Below, piece by piece: positions 39,916-51,144 of a stretch of DNA of 64,000 bases; positions within the stretch are counted from its first letter, which is position 1, and each line of letters begins with the position of its first letter. This DNA comes from an uncultured Acidobacteriota bacterium (GTDB lineage Bacteria; Acidobacteriota; Blastocatellia; RBC074), in contig CAWCKY010000006.1 of assembly GCA_963796275.1 (NCBI GenBank), positions 128,001 through 192,000 on the forward strand, written 5' to 3'. A model generated the notes under the pieces. It saw nothing but the letters and a program-made list of their open reading frames with translations. It ran no database searches and had not been told where the DNA came from. A program made the position numbers and the translations under genes.

Positions 39916-40932
39916 ATGAGCGAAGGTATCTTGTCCACGATCGGTAACACTCCGTTGGTCAGATTGAAGCGGGTATTCAAGGATCTCCAATTTCAGCTCT
40001 TCGCCAAGCTGGAGGGGTTCAACCCGGGTGGCAGCGCCAAAGACAGGCCGGCCTTGAACATTCTCGAAGAAGCGATAGAAGCGGGAGTCATTGGGCCGAG
40101 AACCGTGATCGTCGAATCGAGTTCCGGAAATCTGGGCATCGGTCTGGCGCAGGTCTGCCGGTATTTTGGATTGCGCTTTATCTGCGTGGTGGATCCAAAG
40201 ACCACTCAACAAAACATCCGCATCCTCAGGGCTTATGGCGCCGAAATTGATCTCGTCTCGGAATCCGATCCTAAAACCGGGGAGTTTCTTCAATCCCGGA
40301 TTGATCGTGTCCGGACGCTCCTTCGAACGATCAAAGACAGTTTCTGGCCCAACCAATACGCCAATCTGGCCAATGCGGGCGCCCATTACAAAACAACCAT
40401 GCGCGAGATAGCCGAGGAATTGGGGGCATTGGGCGGGAAGATTGATTACCTGTTCTGCGCCACCAGCACCTGCGGCACGCTCAGAGGCTGCGCCGAATAC
40501 GCGCGAGATCACAATCTCGGCGCCAAGATTGTCGCGGTTGACGCGGTGGGCAGCGTGATCTTCGGCGGAAGGCCGGCCAAACGGCTCGTCCCGGGGCATG
40601 GCGCGTCGCGACGCCCCGCGCTTTATCGACCGGGACTGGCTGACGACCTCATCCGAGTCACGGATCTGGATTGTGTGGTCGGCTGCCGCCGCATTATGCG
40701 CACCGAAGCCATCCTGGTGGGCGGCTCATCGGGCGGCGTGCTGATGGCGGTGAATAAGATCAGGCCACGTATCCCACGCGGCGCGACGTGTGTCGCTATT
40801 TTTCACGACCGCGGGGAGCGTTACCTCGACACGATCTATTCGGACGATTGGGTCGAAGAGCATTTCGGTGAAGTGTCAAATCTCTGGCATAGCCAGGTGG
40901 GAGTGGAACAATGCACAGTTGCGACATTCTGA
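39916..40932 (+). CDS. sbnA: SbnA-family PLP enzyme (2,3-diaminopropionate biosynthesis)
   Basis: IGNTPLV, KLEGFNPGGSAKDR (PLP Lys), ESSSGNLG, NQYAN, ATSTCGT; overlaps the sbnB start. ATG 39916 is preferred to the track start 39853. Confidence 0.92.
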   Translation: MSEGILSTIGNTPLVRLKRVFKDLQFQLFAKLEGFNPGGSAKDRPALNILEEAIEAGVIGPRTVIVESSSGNLGIGLAQVCRYFGLRFICVVDPKTTQQNIRILRAYGAEIDLVSESDPKTGEFLQSRIDRVRTLLRTIKDSFWPNQYANLANAGAHYKTTMREIAEELGALGGKIDYLFCATSTCGTLRGCAEYARDHNLGAKIVAVDAVGSVIFGGRPAKRLVPGHGASRRPALYRPGLADDLIRVTDLDCVVGCRRIMRTEAILVGGSSGGVLMAVNKIRPRIPRGATCVAIFHDRGERYLDTIYSDDWVEEHFGEVSNLWHSQVGVEQCTVATF

Positions 40933-41948
40933 TTTTGAAAGGTCCTGACGTCCAGACGCTGCTTGCCGGACGCGAGATCGAGATTATAAAGGCGGCGCAG
41001 AGCGCTTACGAGACGCACGCCCGAGGCGAGAGTTCATTGCCTCACTCCACGTTTCTGCGCTTTCCCGATAATCAGCGGGACAGGATCATCGCCTTGCCTG
41101 CTTACCTGGGCGGTCCATTCGGGGTCGCCGGCGTCAAATGGGTGGCCTCATTTCCCGGCAATCTGGAAAGAGAGTTGGAACGGGCTTCGGCGCTGGTGGT
41201 ATTGAATTCGACGGAAACTGGCAGGCCCCAAGCCATCCTCGAAGGATCCATCATCAGCGCGAAGCGAACCGCCGGGAGCGCTGCTCTGGCTGCGCAATGG
41301 TTGCACAACGGCAAAGACGCCAATCCCGCAGGCTTGATCGGATGCGGGTTGATCAATTTCGAAATCGCCAGGTTCCTCCTGGCGGCGACGCCTGAGATCG
41401 GTCATTTCGTCGTTCAAGATTTGGACCTGGCCCGCGCAGAGCTGTTCAAGGCCAGGCTCCAACAGACATTCGGTAAGGTCGAGGTGGAGATCGCCAAAGA
41501 CGTGAAGACAGTTCTGCGACGCTGCCCGCTCATCTCGCTGGCGACCACGGCGATAACGCCGCACATCGGCGACCTACGGGATGTCTCTCCAAACGCGACG
41601 ATCCTCCACGTCTCGCTGCGAGACCTCTCGCCCCAGGTCATTCTCTCCTGCGACAACGTGGTGGACGACATTGATCACGTCTGCCGCGCCCAGACTTCTA
41701 TCCACCTGGCAGAACAGCTCACTGGTGGTAGGGATTTCATCCGCTGCTCTCTGGCCGACATTCTGATGGGCAAGACCGCCGCCCGCAGCGACGCCGAGAG
41801 CATCGCCGTCTTCACCCCGTTCGGCCTGGGAGTGCTCGACCTGGCAGTTAGCCAGCTCGTCCGGGACCTTGCGCTCGAACAGGGATGTGGAACTTTCATC
41901 CGGTCGTTTCTGCCCGAACCATGGGTTGGGTCTACGCCGAACTGTTAG
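40911..41948 (+). CDS. sbnB: SbnB-family ornithine-cyclodeaminase-like enzyme (2,3-diaminopropionate biosynthesis)
   Basis: LPHSTFLRFP, RIIALPAYLGG, KWVASFPGN, ISAKRTAGSA, GLIGCGLIN, PFGLGVLDLA. Confidence 0.92.
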   Translation: MHSCDILILKGPDVQTLLAGREIEIIKAAQSAYETHARGESSLPHSTFLRFPDNQRDRIIALPAYLGGPFGVAGVKWVASFPGNLERELERASALVVLNSTETGRPQAILEGSIISAKRTAGSAALAAQWLHNGKDANPAGLIGCGLINFEIARFLLAATPEIGHFVVQDLDLARAELFKARLQQTFGKVEVEIAKDVKTVLRRCPLISLATTAITPHIGDLRDVSPNATILHVSLRDLSPQVILSCDNVVDDIDHVCRAQTSIHLAEQLTGGRDFIRCSLADILMGKTAARSDAESIAVFTPFGLGVLDLAVSQLVRDLALEQGCGTFIRSFLPEPWVGSTPNC

Positions 41949-42036
41949 TTGGCTTCTTTGGAAAGCCCATAGAAGATCAGTCGGTCTGGTGGCGAAAGCA
42001 GCGCGAACTAACAGTTCGCCAAACATCAAGGTAGTT

Positions 42037-43089
42037 ATGCAAAAAACAAAATCAACGGCGCCCGGCTTGGGAAAAATGGGCGCCGTCAAGCGTAAGACTG
42101 TCAGCGTTTCAACGGAAAGGTTGATTGTGATGGAACCGCTCAGGCCGGGCGTTTCGCTTCCATTGGTAATTAGCCCCGCTTATCCCGGGGTAGACATAAT
42201 CGAATGGGCGCAGCGTAATCCCGAGTCTATCGATATGTGGTTGCTCAAACACGGCGCAATACTTTTCCGGGATTGGCGGATGAACTCCGTTGACGAATTC
42301 GAGCGGTTTGCGGCTGCCGTCGCCGGGGAAGATTTGATGGATTATTCCTATCGCTCCACGCCCCGGAGCGCGGTGAGCGGCAAAATCTTCACTTCAACCG
42401 AGTACCCCGCAGATCAATCCATTCCTCTGCACAACGAGATGGCGTACTCGCGCGTCTGGCCAATGAAGATCTGGTTTCATTGCGTGAAAGCCGCCGAAGT
42501 GGGCGGGGAGACGCCGATAGCCGACAGCCGGGAAGTCTTCGCGCGCATTGACCCGCGAGTTCGCGAGCAGTTCATGCGGAAGCAGGTGCTCTACGTTCGC
42601 AACTATGGGGGCGGACTGGACCTCTCCTGGCAAAACGTGTTCCAGACCACAAGCAGATCGGAAGTTGAGGCGTTCTGTCTCAGAGCCGGAATCGAATTTG
42701 AGTGGAGGGGCGGAGACCGTTTGAGGACGCGCCAGGTCTGTCAGGCCGTCGCTAGGCACCCGAGGACTGGCGAGATGGTCTGGTTCAATCAGGCGCATCT
42801 CTTCCATGTGTCGAGCCTCACGCCGGAAATGCGCGACCTGTTTCTTGCGGAATTCAAAGAAGAAGAACTCGCGCGCAACGTCTATTACGGCGACGGATCT
42901 TCGATCGAACCGTCAGCCCTGGAAGCGATTCGTCAGGCTTACCGGCAAGAGACGGTCACCTTCCCGTGGCAATCGGGTGACATTTTGATGCTCGACAATA
43001 TGCTTGCCGCACATGGACGAACCCCATTCGCCGGCTCGCGAAAGGTCATCGTGGCAATGGCCGAGTCTTTCGCCAGCCAAGACATTTAG
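42037..43089 (+). CDS. Stand-alone TauD/SyrP-like Fe(II)/2-oxoglutarate hydroxylase (probable aminoacyl-PCP beta-hydroxylase)
   Basis: HGAILFR, YRSTPRS, IPLHNEMAY, GGETPIADSR, WFNQAHLFH, DNMLAAHGR. ATG 42037 avoids the overlap with sbnB. Confidence 0.9.
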   Translation: MQKTKSTAPGLGKMGAVKRKTVSVSTERLIVMEPLRPGVSLPLVISPAYPGVDIIEWAQRNPESIDMWLLKHGAILFRDWRMNSVDEFERFAAAVAGEDLMDYSYRSTPRSAVSGKIFTSTEYPADQSIPLHNEMAYSRVWPMKIWFHCVKAAEVGGETPIADSREVFARIDPRVREQFMRKQVLYVRNYGGGLDLSWQNVFQTTSRSEVEAFCLRAGIEFEWRGGDRLRTRQVCQAVARHPRTGEMVWFNQAHLFHVSSLTPEMRDLFLAEFKEEELARNVYYGDGSSIEPSALEAIRQAYRQETVTFPWQSGDILMLDNMLAAHGRTPFAGSRKVIVAMAESFASQDI

Positions 43090-43121
43090 GCTGATGCTGA
43101 TGAAGTGATGGAGTAAGTAAG

Positions 43122-46100
43122 GTGCATAAGAAAAACCACACAACCATAGAAGGATTTCGTCTTTCGCCTCAACAAGCGCGCCTCTGGATGTTGCAGCAGG
43201 ATGTCCGATCGGCGCCGTACACGGCCCGATGTTCCATCTCGATCGAGGGCGCGCTTGATGCGCAGCTTTTGGAGGCGGCGCTCAATCAGGTAGTTCAGCG
43301 GCATGAAATCCTACGCACCACATTTCACCGTTTGCCCGCAATGATGCTCCCGCTGCAGGTGATCGCGGGCGATGGCAGGCTGGTGATCCGGACGCAAGAT
43401 TATAGCGGATGGGCGGAGGAGGAGCAGAATGCCGGGCTCGAGTTGTTGGAGCGCGAGGCGGACCAGACGCCGTTCGACCTTGAGCGAGGGCCGCTGGCGC
43501 GTGCTCATCTCATCAAACTGGCGCCGGATCGGCACCTGCTACTTCTGCTGCTGTCGGCGTTGTGCGCGGATCGGGCGAGCTTGGAGAACCTGGCGCGGGA
43601 GATCGGGTTCTGTTACGCCGCTTACCTGAACGGCGACGAACTGCCAGCCGCGCCAGCGCAATACGCCGACCTGGCCGAATGGCAGAACGAGTTGCTCGAA
43701 TCGGAGGAGACGGAAGCCGGCCGGGAGTATTGGCGGCGGCGTGATCTTTCGAGCCTCTTGCGTATCAAGGCGCCGTTCGAGAACCGGCGCGGGGACGGCG
43801 AGGGTGAGCTGGCGGAATTTGCGCCGCGGCTTCTGTCCGCGACGGTAAATGCCGAACTGGCGGCGAAGGTCGAGGCGCTGGCCCGCGAGCTGCATAGTTC
43901 TGAATCGAACATTCTGCTGGCCTGCTGGCAAGCATTGCTCTGGCGACTTACCGGTCAGACAGAGATCATCGCCGGCGTCGCTTATGAGCAGCGGAAACAC
44001 GACGAACTCAAGGGGGCGCTCGGACTCTTTACCAAGTATTTACCGGTTCATTGCCTCCTGGGAGCGGACAGGCGATTGATCGACGTTTTAGAGCAGATCA
44101 ACAACTCAGCGCGCGAGCTATATAAATGGCAAGAGTATTTCACCTGGGAACAGATCGCCGGATCGAATGGACATCTCAATGCCACGCCTTTCTTCCACGT
44201 CTGCTTCGAGTTTTCAGAACAACCCGCGATTTACCGGGCGGGCGCAGGCGCCTTCTCGATCTCGCGTCAAGACGCCTGCGTTGACCGTTTCAAACTCAAG
44301 CTCGCCGCGCTCCATCGCGCCGATCGCTTGATCCTGGACATCCACTACGACGCCGACCTCTTCACGCGCGATGACATCGCCCTACTGGCTCGGCAGTATC
44401 TGACTTTACTCGGCAACGCCGTCGCGGCTCCCGGCGCCGCGCTCGAGGAGTTGAGCCTGCTCGGAGAGACACAGCGGGAGCGTATCCTGCGCCAGTTCAA
44501 TCCGGCGCCCACCAGCTTCTCGCCCCGTCCCATCCATCATCTAATCGAGGCTCAGGCAGCGCTCAGGCCCGAAGCCACGGCGGTGGTGGTGGAAGACCAG
44601 CAACTGAGTTACGGCGAACTCAACCGTCGCGCCAACCAACTGGCCCATCACTTGCAAATGCTGGGCGTCGGTCCTGAAGAGGTGGTGGGCTTGAGCCTCG
44701 AACGCTCGGTGGAGTTGGTGGTGGGGATGCTGGCGATTCTGAAAGCTGGAGGGGCATACCTGCCGCTGGACCCGGCTCTGCCGGCCGAGCGGCTGGCGGG
44801 CATGATGGCGGCCGCGAGGCCGCGGGTGGTGGTGACGCAGGAGAGATTGCGGATAGGGGATTGGGCGGCCTCCACCACAGAAAATGATGACTGGGGATTG
44901 GGGGCTGAGGACTGGGAATGTACAGATATGTTGCGCCAGCTCCGAGTCCCCATATTCGTTGTATCCGGGCGTCGCGCACGAGCAGAAGGGTCCACGGCAA
45001 TCCTCAATCCGCAATCTGCAAACCGCAAACCCGTGATGGTTTGTCTGGATGCGGAGGGGGAGATGATAGGGAGTGAAAGCGATGAAAACCCCGGCAGCCA
45101 GGTGGGGCCGGAGCATCTGGTTTACGTGCTGTTCACCTCGGGTTCGACCGGGAGGCCGAAAGGAGTGGCGGTCGAGCACCGGCAGCTGCACGCATATCTG
45201 GAAGGAGTGCGGGAGCGGTTGGGACTGCCGGAAGAGGCGAGCTATGCGACGGTGACGACCTTCGCGGCCGATTTGGGGCACACGGCGATCTTTCCGGCGC
45301 TGTGCGGGGGAGGAACGCTGCACGTGGTGAGTAAGGAGCGAGCGGCAGACGCGTGGGGGATGAGTGAGTATTTCAGGCGGCATCGGATCGACTGCCTGAA
45401 GATAGTGCCGTCGCACTTGAAGGCGCTGTTGGGGGTGAAGGATGGGGCGCAGGCATTGCCTGGGCGGCGGCTGGTGTTGGGGGGAGAAGCGTCGAGCTGG
45501 GAGTTGATCGGGCGTGTGCGGGGGTTGGCGCCGGAGCTGAGGATAATGAATCACTACGGGCCGACGGAGACGACGGTGGGAGTGTTGACCTGTGAGGTGG
45601 AGCAAGAGGGAGAGCAAGAGAGTGGGAATGTGCCGTTGGGGCGACCGCTGAAGGGAGCGCGGGTGTACGTGCTGGACCGGCGGATGGAGCCAGCGGCGGT
45701 GTGGGTAGTGGGAGAGGTGTACGTGGGAGGGGAGCAGGTGGCGCGCGGCTATTTGAATGAAGCGGAGCAGACGGCGGTGCGATTCGTGCCGGATCCATAC
45801 AGTGAGGAGGAGGGGAAGAGGTTGTACCGGACGGGAGATTTGGGGAGGTACATGCCGGATGGACGAGTGGAGTTTCTGGGACGAGCGGATGATCAGGTGA
45901 AGATAAGAGGGTACCGGATCGAGTTGGGAGAGATCGAGGAGGCGCTCAAAGAGCATGCGGGAGTGGGAGAGAGCGTGGTGGTGATAAGCGAGAGCGCGGA
46001 TGGGGAGAAGCGGCTGGTGGCGTATGTGGCGGCGAGAGAGGGGATGGAGATCGAGGGGAGCGAGTTGCGGCGATATATGAGTGAGAGATTGCCCGAGTAC

Positions 46101-49100
46101 ATGGTACCTGGAGCGATAGTGAAGTTGGAGCGGATGCCGTTGACGGCGAACGGGAAGTTGGATCGAGGGGCGTTGCCGGAGCCTGAGAGTGAGATGGAGG
46201 GAGAGTATGTGGCGCCGCGGACGCAGATCGAAGAACTGGTAGCCGGCGCCTGGGCTGAATTGCTGGGGTTGGAGCGGGTGGGGGTGAATAACAACTTCTT
46301 CGAGCTGGGCGGACACTCGCTGATGGCCACACAGCTCATCTCTCGCGTGCGGGAAGCCTGCGGTGTCGAGCTGCTGCTCCGCAGTCTGTTTGAGGCGCCG
46401 ACAGTGGCCGGTATGGCCGCAAGTCTTGAAGCGGCGATCAGAGCCGGAAAGTGGGCACCCCCCACCTCAATCGAAAGATATCCGAGGGACGTGGAATTGC
46501 CACTTTCATTCGCCCAGCAGCGGCTGTGGTTCCTTGATCAGTTGGAGTCGGGCAGCCCCTTCTACAACATCTTCGCACCCGTGCGGTTGAAAGGGCGGCT
46601 CGATCTACAGGCGCTGGAATGTACGCTCACGGAGATTGTACGGCGCCACGAAGCGCTGCGGACAACCTTCCGGACGGTGGAAGGGCGCGCCGTTCAGGTG
46701 ATCGCCGAGGCCAGACCGCTTAGTTTGCCGGTGACTGACTTGAGCTATTTGCCGCCGGAGCGAAGAGAAGCCGAAGCGCGGCGAATGGCCGAAGAGGAAT
46801 CGCAGCGGCCTTTCGATCTGGCTCGCGGTCCGTTGCTGCGGGCGCGGTTGTTACGGCTGGATGAAGACGAGCATCTGGCGATGCTAACTCTGCACCACAT
46901 CATTTCGGATGGTTGGTCGGCCGGGATTCTGATCCGTGAGCTCGCCGCGCTCTACCAGGCCTTCAATGCGGGGCTGCCCTCGCCGCTCGCGGAGCTGCCC
47001 ATTCAGTACGCAGACTTCGCCGCGTGGCAGCGTCGGTGGTTGCAGGGCGAGACGTTGGACATACAGCTTGCGTACTGGAAACGGAAGTTGGGCGGCGACA
47101 GGGCGGCGTTGCAACTGCCCACGGATAGACCGCGTCCGGCGGTTCAGAGATTTCGCGGAGCGCATGAAGCTTTGGCGCTGGGCGCGGGCCTCTCTCAGGC
47201 TCTCAAGGCGTTCAGCCAACAGGAGAATGTCACGCTGTTTATGACGCTGCTCGCAGCGTTCAAAGCGTTGCTCCATCGTTATACCGGGCAGGACGACATC
47301 ATCATCGGCTCGCCAATCGCCAACCGCAACCGCATCGAGATCGAGGGGATGGTCGGATTCTTCGTCAACACACTGGCGCTGCGCGGCGATCTATCAGGAG
47401 ATCCGAGTTTTCGAGAGCTGGTAAGCCGGGTGCGAGAGGTAGCGCTGGAGGCGTCCGCTTATCAGGGATCTGCCTTTTGAGAAGCTGGTTGATGAATTGC
47501 AACTCGCGCGTGACCTGAGCCGTGCTCCGTTATTCCAGGTGGTATTCGTGTTACAGAATGCGCCGAGGCAGGTTCTGGAGCTGCCGGGGCTGACTCTGAC
47601 TCCGATGGAGATCGAGGGCGAGACGGCGAAATTCGATCTGATTCTGGGCCTCAGCGAGACGGATCAGGGGCTGATGGCGAAGGTCGAATACAACACGGAC
47701 TTGTTCGAAGGCGCGACGATACGCCGGATGCTTACGCATTTTCAAAACCTGCTTGAAAGCGTGGTCGTTGAGCCACGCCAGCGACTCTCCGAATTGCCGC
47801 TGCTCGGCGAAGTCGAGCGCCGGCAATTGTTGGAATGGAACGCGTCGAGCGTCCGTTACCCGGCGAAGACTTGCCTGCATCAACTCTTTGAAGCCCAGGC
47901 GGCGCGAACGCCCAATGCTGTCGCGGTCACTTTTGATGATGAGCGATTCAGCTACCAACAGCTCAACGCCCGCGCCAATCAATTGGCCCACCACTTGCGC
48001 GCGCTGGGAGTTGGGCCGGATGTTCTGGTCGGTCTCTGCCTGGAACGTTCCCTCGATCTGGTTGTCGCAATCCTGGCCGTTCTCAAGGCCGGCGGAGCTT
48101 ACTTGCCACTCGATATGGCCTATCCCAAAGATCGGCTGGCCTTCATGTTGGAGGACAGTCAGGCGCCGGTGCTGTTGACTCAACAGCGCCTGCTGGAGCA
48201 ATTGCCTGAACATCGGTCGGGGGCGAACTGCCCGCATCTGATTTGTATAGACAGCGAATGGGAGTTGATTGAGCGGGAGAGTGCGGAGAATCCGACAAAC
48301 GAGGCGACGGCCGATAACCTGGCCTATGTGATCTATACCTCAGGGTCGACCGGCAGACCGAAAGGAGCGCTGGTCAGTCACGCCAACGTCGTACGCCTCT
48401 TTTCAGCAACGCAGGATTGGTATCACTTCGATGAACGCGATGTATGGACGCTCTTCCACTCATATGCCTTCGACTTCTCGGTCTGGGAGTTATGGGGTGC
48501 GCTGCTCTATGGCGGGCGGTTGGTTGTGGTTCCTTACTGGGTGAGCCGTTCGCCGGAAGCCTTCCACGAATTGTTGCGCCGCGAGCATGTGACCGTGTTG
48601 AACCAGACGCCATCGGCCTTCCGCCAATTGATTCGCTCGGCAGCGCTGCCGTCAGCCCCGGTGGAAGAGCAGGCCGAGACCGCGCCGGCGCTGGCGTTGC
48701 GGTTGGTCATCTTCGGCGGAGAAGCGCTTGAGCTGAACAGTCTGAAGCCCTGGTTTGACCGCTACGGAGACGAGCTCCCGCAACTGGTCAATATGTACGG
48801 GATCACTGAGACGACGGTGCACGTCAGTTTCCGGCCGATTCGGGCGGCAGATTTGGACGAAGGCAAGGGAAGCGTGATCGGCGGATCGATTCCTGACCTG
48901 TGGGTCTACGTGTTGGACGCGCATTTACGGCCCACGCCGATCGGCGTTCCAGGGGAGATGTATGTGGGCGGTGCCGGAGTGGTGCGCGGCTATCTCAACC
49001 GTCCGGAGTTGACCGTGGAGCGGTTCATCCCCGATCCATTCGGAGCTGAACCGGGGGCGCGTTTATACCGGACGGGAGAATCTGGCGCGTTACTTGGCGG

Positions 49101-51139
49101 ACGGCGATCTGGAGTATCTAGGCAGGATCGATCATCAGGTCAAGATTCGCGGCTTTCGCATCGAACTGGGCGAGATCGAAGCCATGCTCAATACACATCC
49201 GCTGATTGGCGAGGCTGTTGTTTTGGCTAGAGAGGACACGCCCGGCGAGAAACGCCTGGTCGCTTATCTTGTGACGAAGCCGGACACAGCGCCTTCGATT
49301 AGCGAGTTGCGCGAATTCCTGAGACAGAAACTGCCTGAGTACATGACGCCGGCAGCATTTGTGACGCTCGACGCCTTGCCGTTGACGGAAAACGGCAAGT
49401 TGGATCGCCGCGCGTTGCCCGCCCCCGACGTTACGAGACCCGAGTTGGAAGAAATCTATGCCGCTCCGAGCAATGCTCGCGAGGAAATGCTGGCGGAGAT
49501 TTGGGCCAAGGTGCTTGGGCTTGAGCGAGTCGGCATTCACGACAATTTCTTCGAGCTCGGCGGGGATTCCATCCTCAGCATTCAGATCATCGCCCGAGCG
49601 AACCAGGCAGGTTTCCGATTGTCTCCCAAGCAGGTCTTTCAATGCCAAACAGTCGCGGAGTTGGCGGCGGCGGCCGAGACGGTTCCGTCCATTGAAGCCG
49701 AGCAGGGCTTGGTTACAGGCCCGGCGCCGCTCACTCCGATCCAGCGCTGGTTCTTCGAACATCGGTTGCCCGAGCATGACCACTGGAATCAGGCGTTGTT
49801 GTTTGAAACGCGGCAGGCGTTATCACCCGCGCTACTGGAACAGGCGGTTCAGCGATTGATTGAGCATCACGACGCTCTGAGGCTGCGATTCACGCCGGAG
49901 GAAGCGGGCTGGCGCCAAACTATCGCCGAATCGGGCGTATCGACGACTTTCACCGTTATCGAACTGTCCGGCTTACCCGAAGCGGAACGATTATCAACCC
50001 TCGAAGCGAAGGCGGCCGAACTACAGGCCAGCCTGAGCCTGTCTGAAGGGCCGCTGTTGCGGGTCGTCTATTTTGATCTTGGGAATCAGGAAGCGGGCCG
50101 CCTGCTGATCATTATTCATCATCTCGCCGTTGACGGCGTGTCGTGGCGGATTCTGTTGGAAGACTTGCAGATGGCGTACCGGCAGTTGAGTCATGGCGAA
50201 GCGATCGCGCTCCCGCCCAAGACGACTTCATTCAAGCGCTGGGCTGAGAGACTCTCCGAATATGCGCGATCCGAAACGGTAATGGCGGAGCAATTTTATT
50301 GGCTGGACGAAATCCGCGCGCAAGCCGCCAGGCTGCCAGTGGACTATTCCGGCGGCGCGAACACTGAAGCGTCGGCGCGTAGCGTCGCTGTCTCGCTCAC
50401 CGTTGAAGAGACCAGAGCGCTTTTGCAGGAGGCGCCTGAAGCCTATCACACGCAGATCAACGATATATTGCTGACCGCTCTGGGACAGTCTTTAAGGGAG
50501 TGGACGGGCGCCCGCTCGTTGCTCGTGGACATGGAAGGGCATGGCCGCGAGGACATATTCGATAACGCTGACCTGTCGCGCACGGTGGGCTGGTTCACCA
50601 CGATCTATCCCGCATTCCTGCGATTGGAGAAGGCGTTCAATCCGGGAGAGGTTTTGAAGTCGGTCAAGGAGCAGTTGCGAGCCATTCCCCAACGCGGCCT
50701 TGGTTACGGATTGCTACGTTACCTAAGCGGAGATGAAGAGATTGCCCAGGCGTTGCGGCGCCTGCCGCAGGCCGAAGTGAGCTTCAACTATCTGGGGCAG
50801 TTGGATCAGGCGCTGCCGGCGGATTCGCTGCTGGCGCCGGCGCGCGAATCAAGCGGGCCGGTTCACAGCCCGCATGGGCTCCGCAAACATTTACTGGATG
50901 TGCGTGGAAGCGTCGCGCGGGGTCAATTGCATCTGGTCTGGACTTACAGTGAAAACGCACATCGCCGCGCCACTATCGAGCGCCTGGCCCGGAGCTATAT
51001 CGAGGCACTGCGGGGGCTCATCGCGCATTGTCAGTCTCCCGAAGTGGGAGGCCACACACCATCGGATTTCCCGTTGGCGCAACTCGATCAGGTCGAACTT
51101 GATCAGGCGTTCGCGGAATTTGAGTTTGAAGAGAGTTAG
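43122..51139 (+). CDS. NRPS I-A(Asp)-T-C(LCL)-A(Thr)-T-E; two apparent frameshifts (~47466, ~49080) join three track ORFs
   Basis: I motif LSALCADRAS; Asp code DLTKVGHVGK; C LHHIISDGWS; removing one G restores YQDLPFE; Thr code DFWNIGMVHK; removing one A restores YRTGDLARY; T GGDSI; E HHLAVDG/MEGHGRE; COM tail HTPSDFPLA. Confidence 0.88.
44283..46255 (+). repeat. I-end/Asp A-domain repeat, copy 2
   Basis: Matches 33253-35225 at offset 11030; the reverse-strand shadow ORFs in the track are essentially identical for both copies. Confidence 0.95.
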
Positions 51140-51144
51140 ACCAA

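Noticed and set aside
41869-42036. Longer N-terminus for the free TauD (and the track starts at 4239, 18546 and 39853)
   Set aside because: The extensions overlap upstream genes or repeats or lack recognisable motifs, while the downstream starts have RBS-like sequence or family-typical N-termini.
33511-46316. Long reverse-strand ORFs (471 aa at 33511-34926, 591 aa at 44541-46316) and the many other antisense or alternate-frame ORFs
   Set aside because: They are low-complexity shadows of G-rich NRPS coding sequence, have no recognisable motifs, and are duplicated only because the sense strand is.
32053-47480. Calling the product a siderophore because of beta-OH-Asp and SbnAB
   Set aside because: No TonB receptor, ornithine hydroxylase, catechol genes, NIS synthetase or obvious Fur box in the window, and the hydrophobic Ile-Gly-Phe-Ile stretch is atypical. 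It cannot be excluded.
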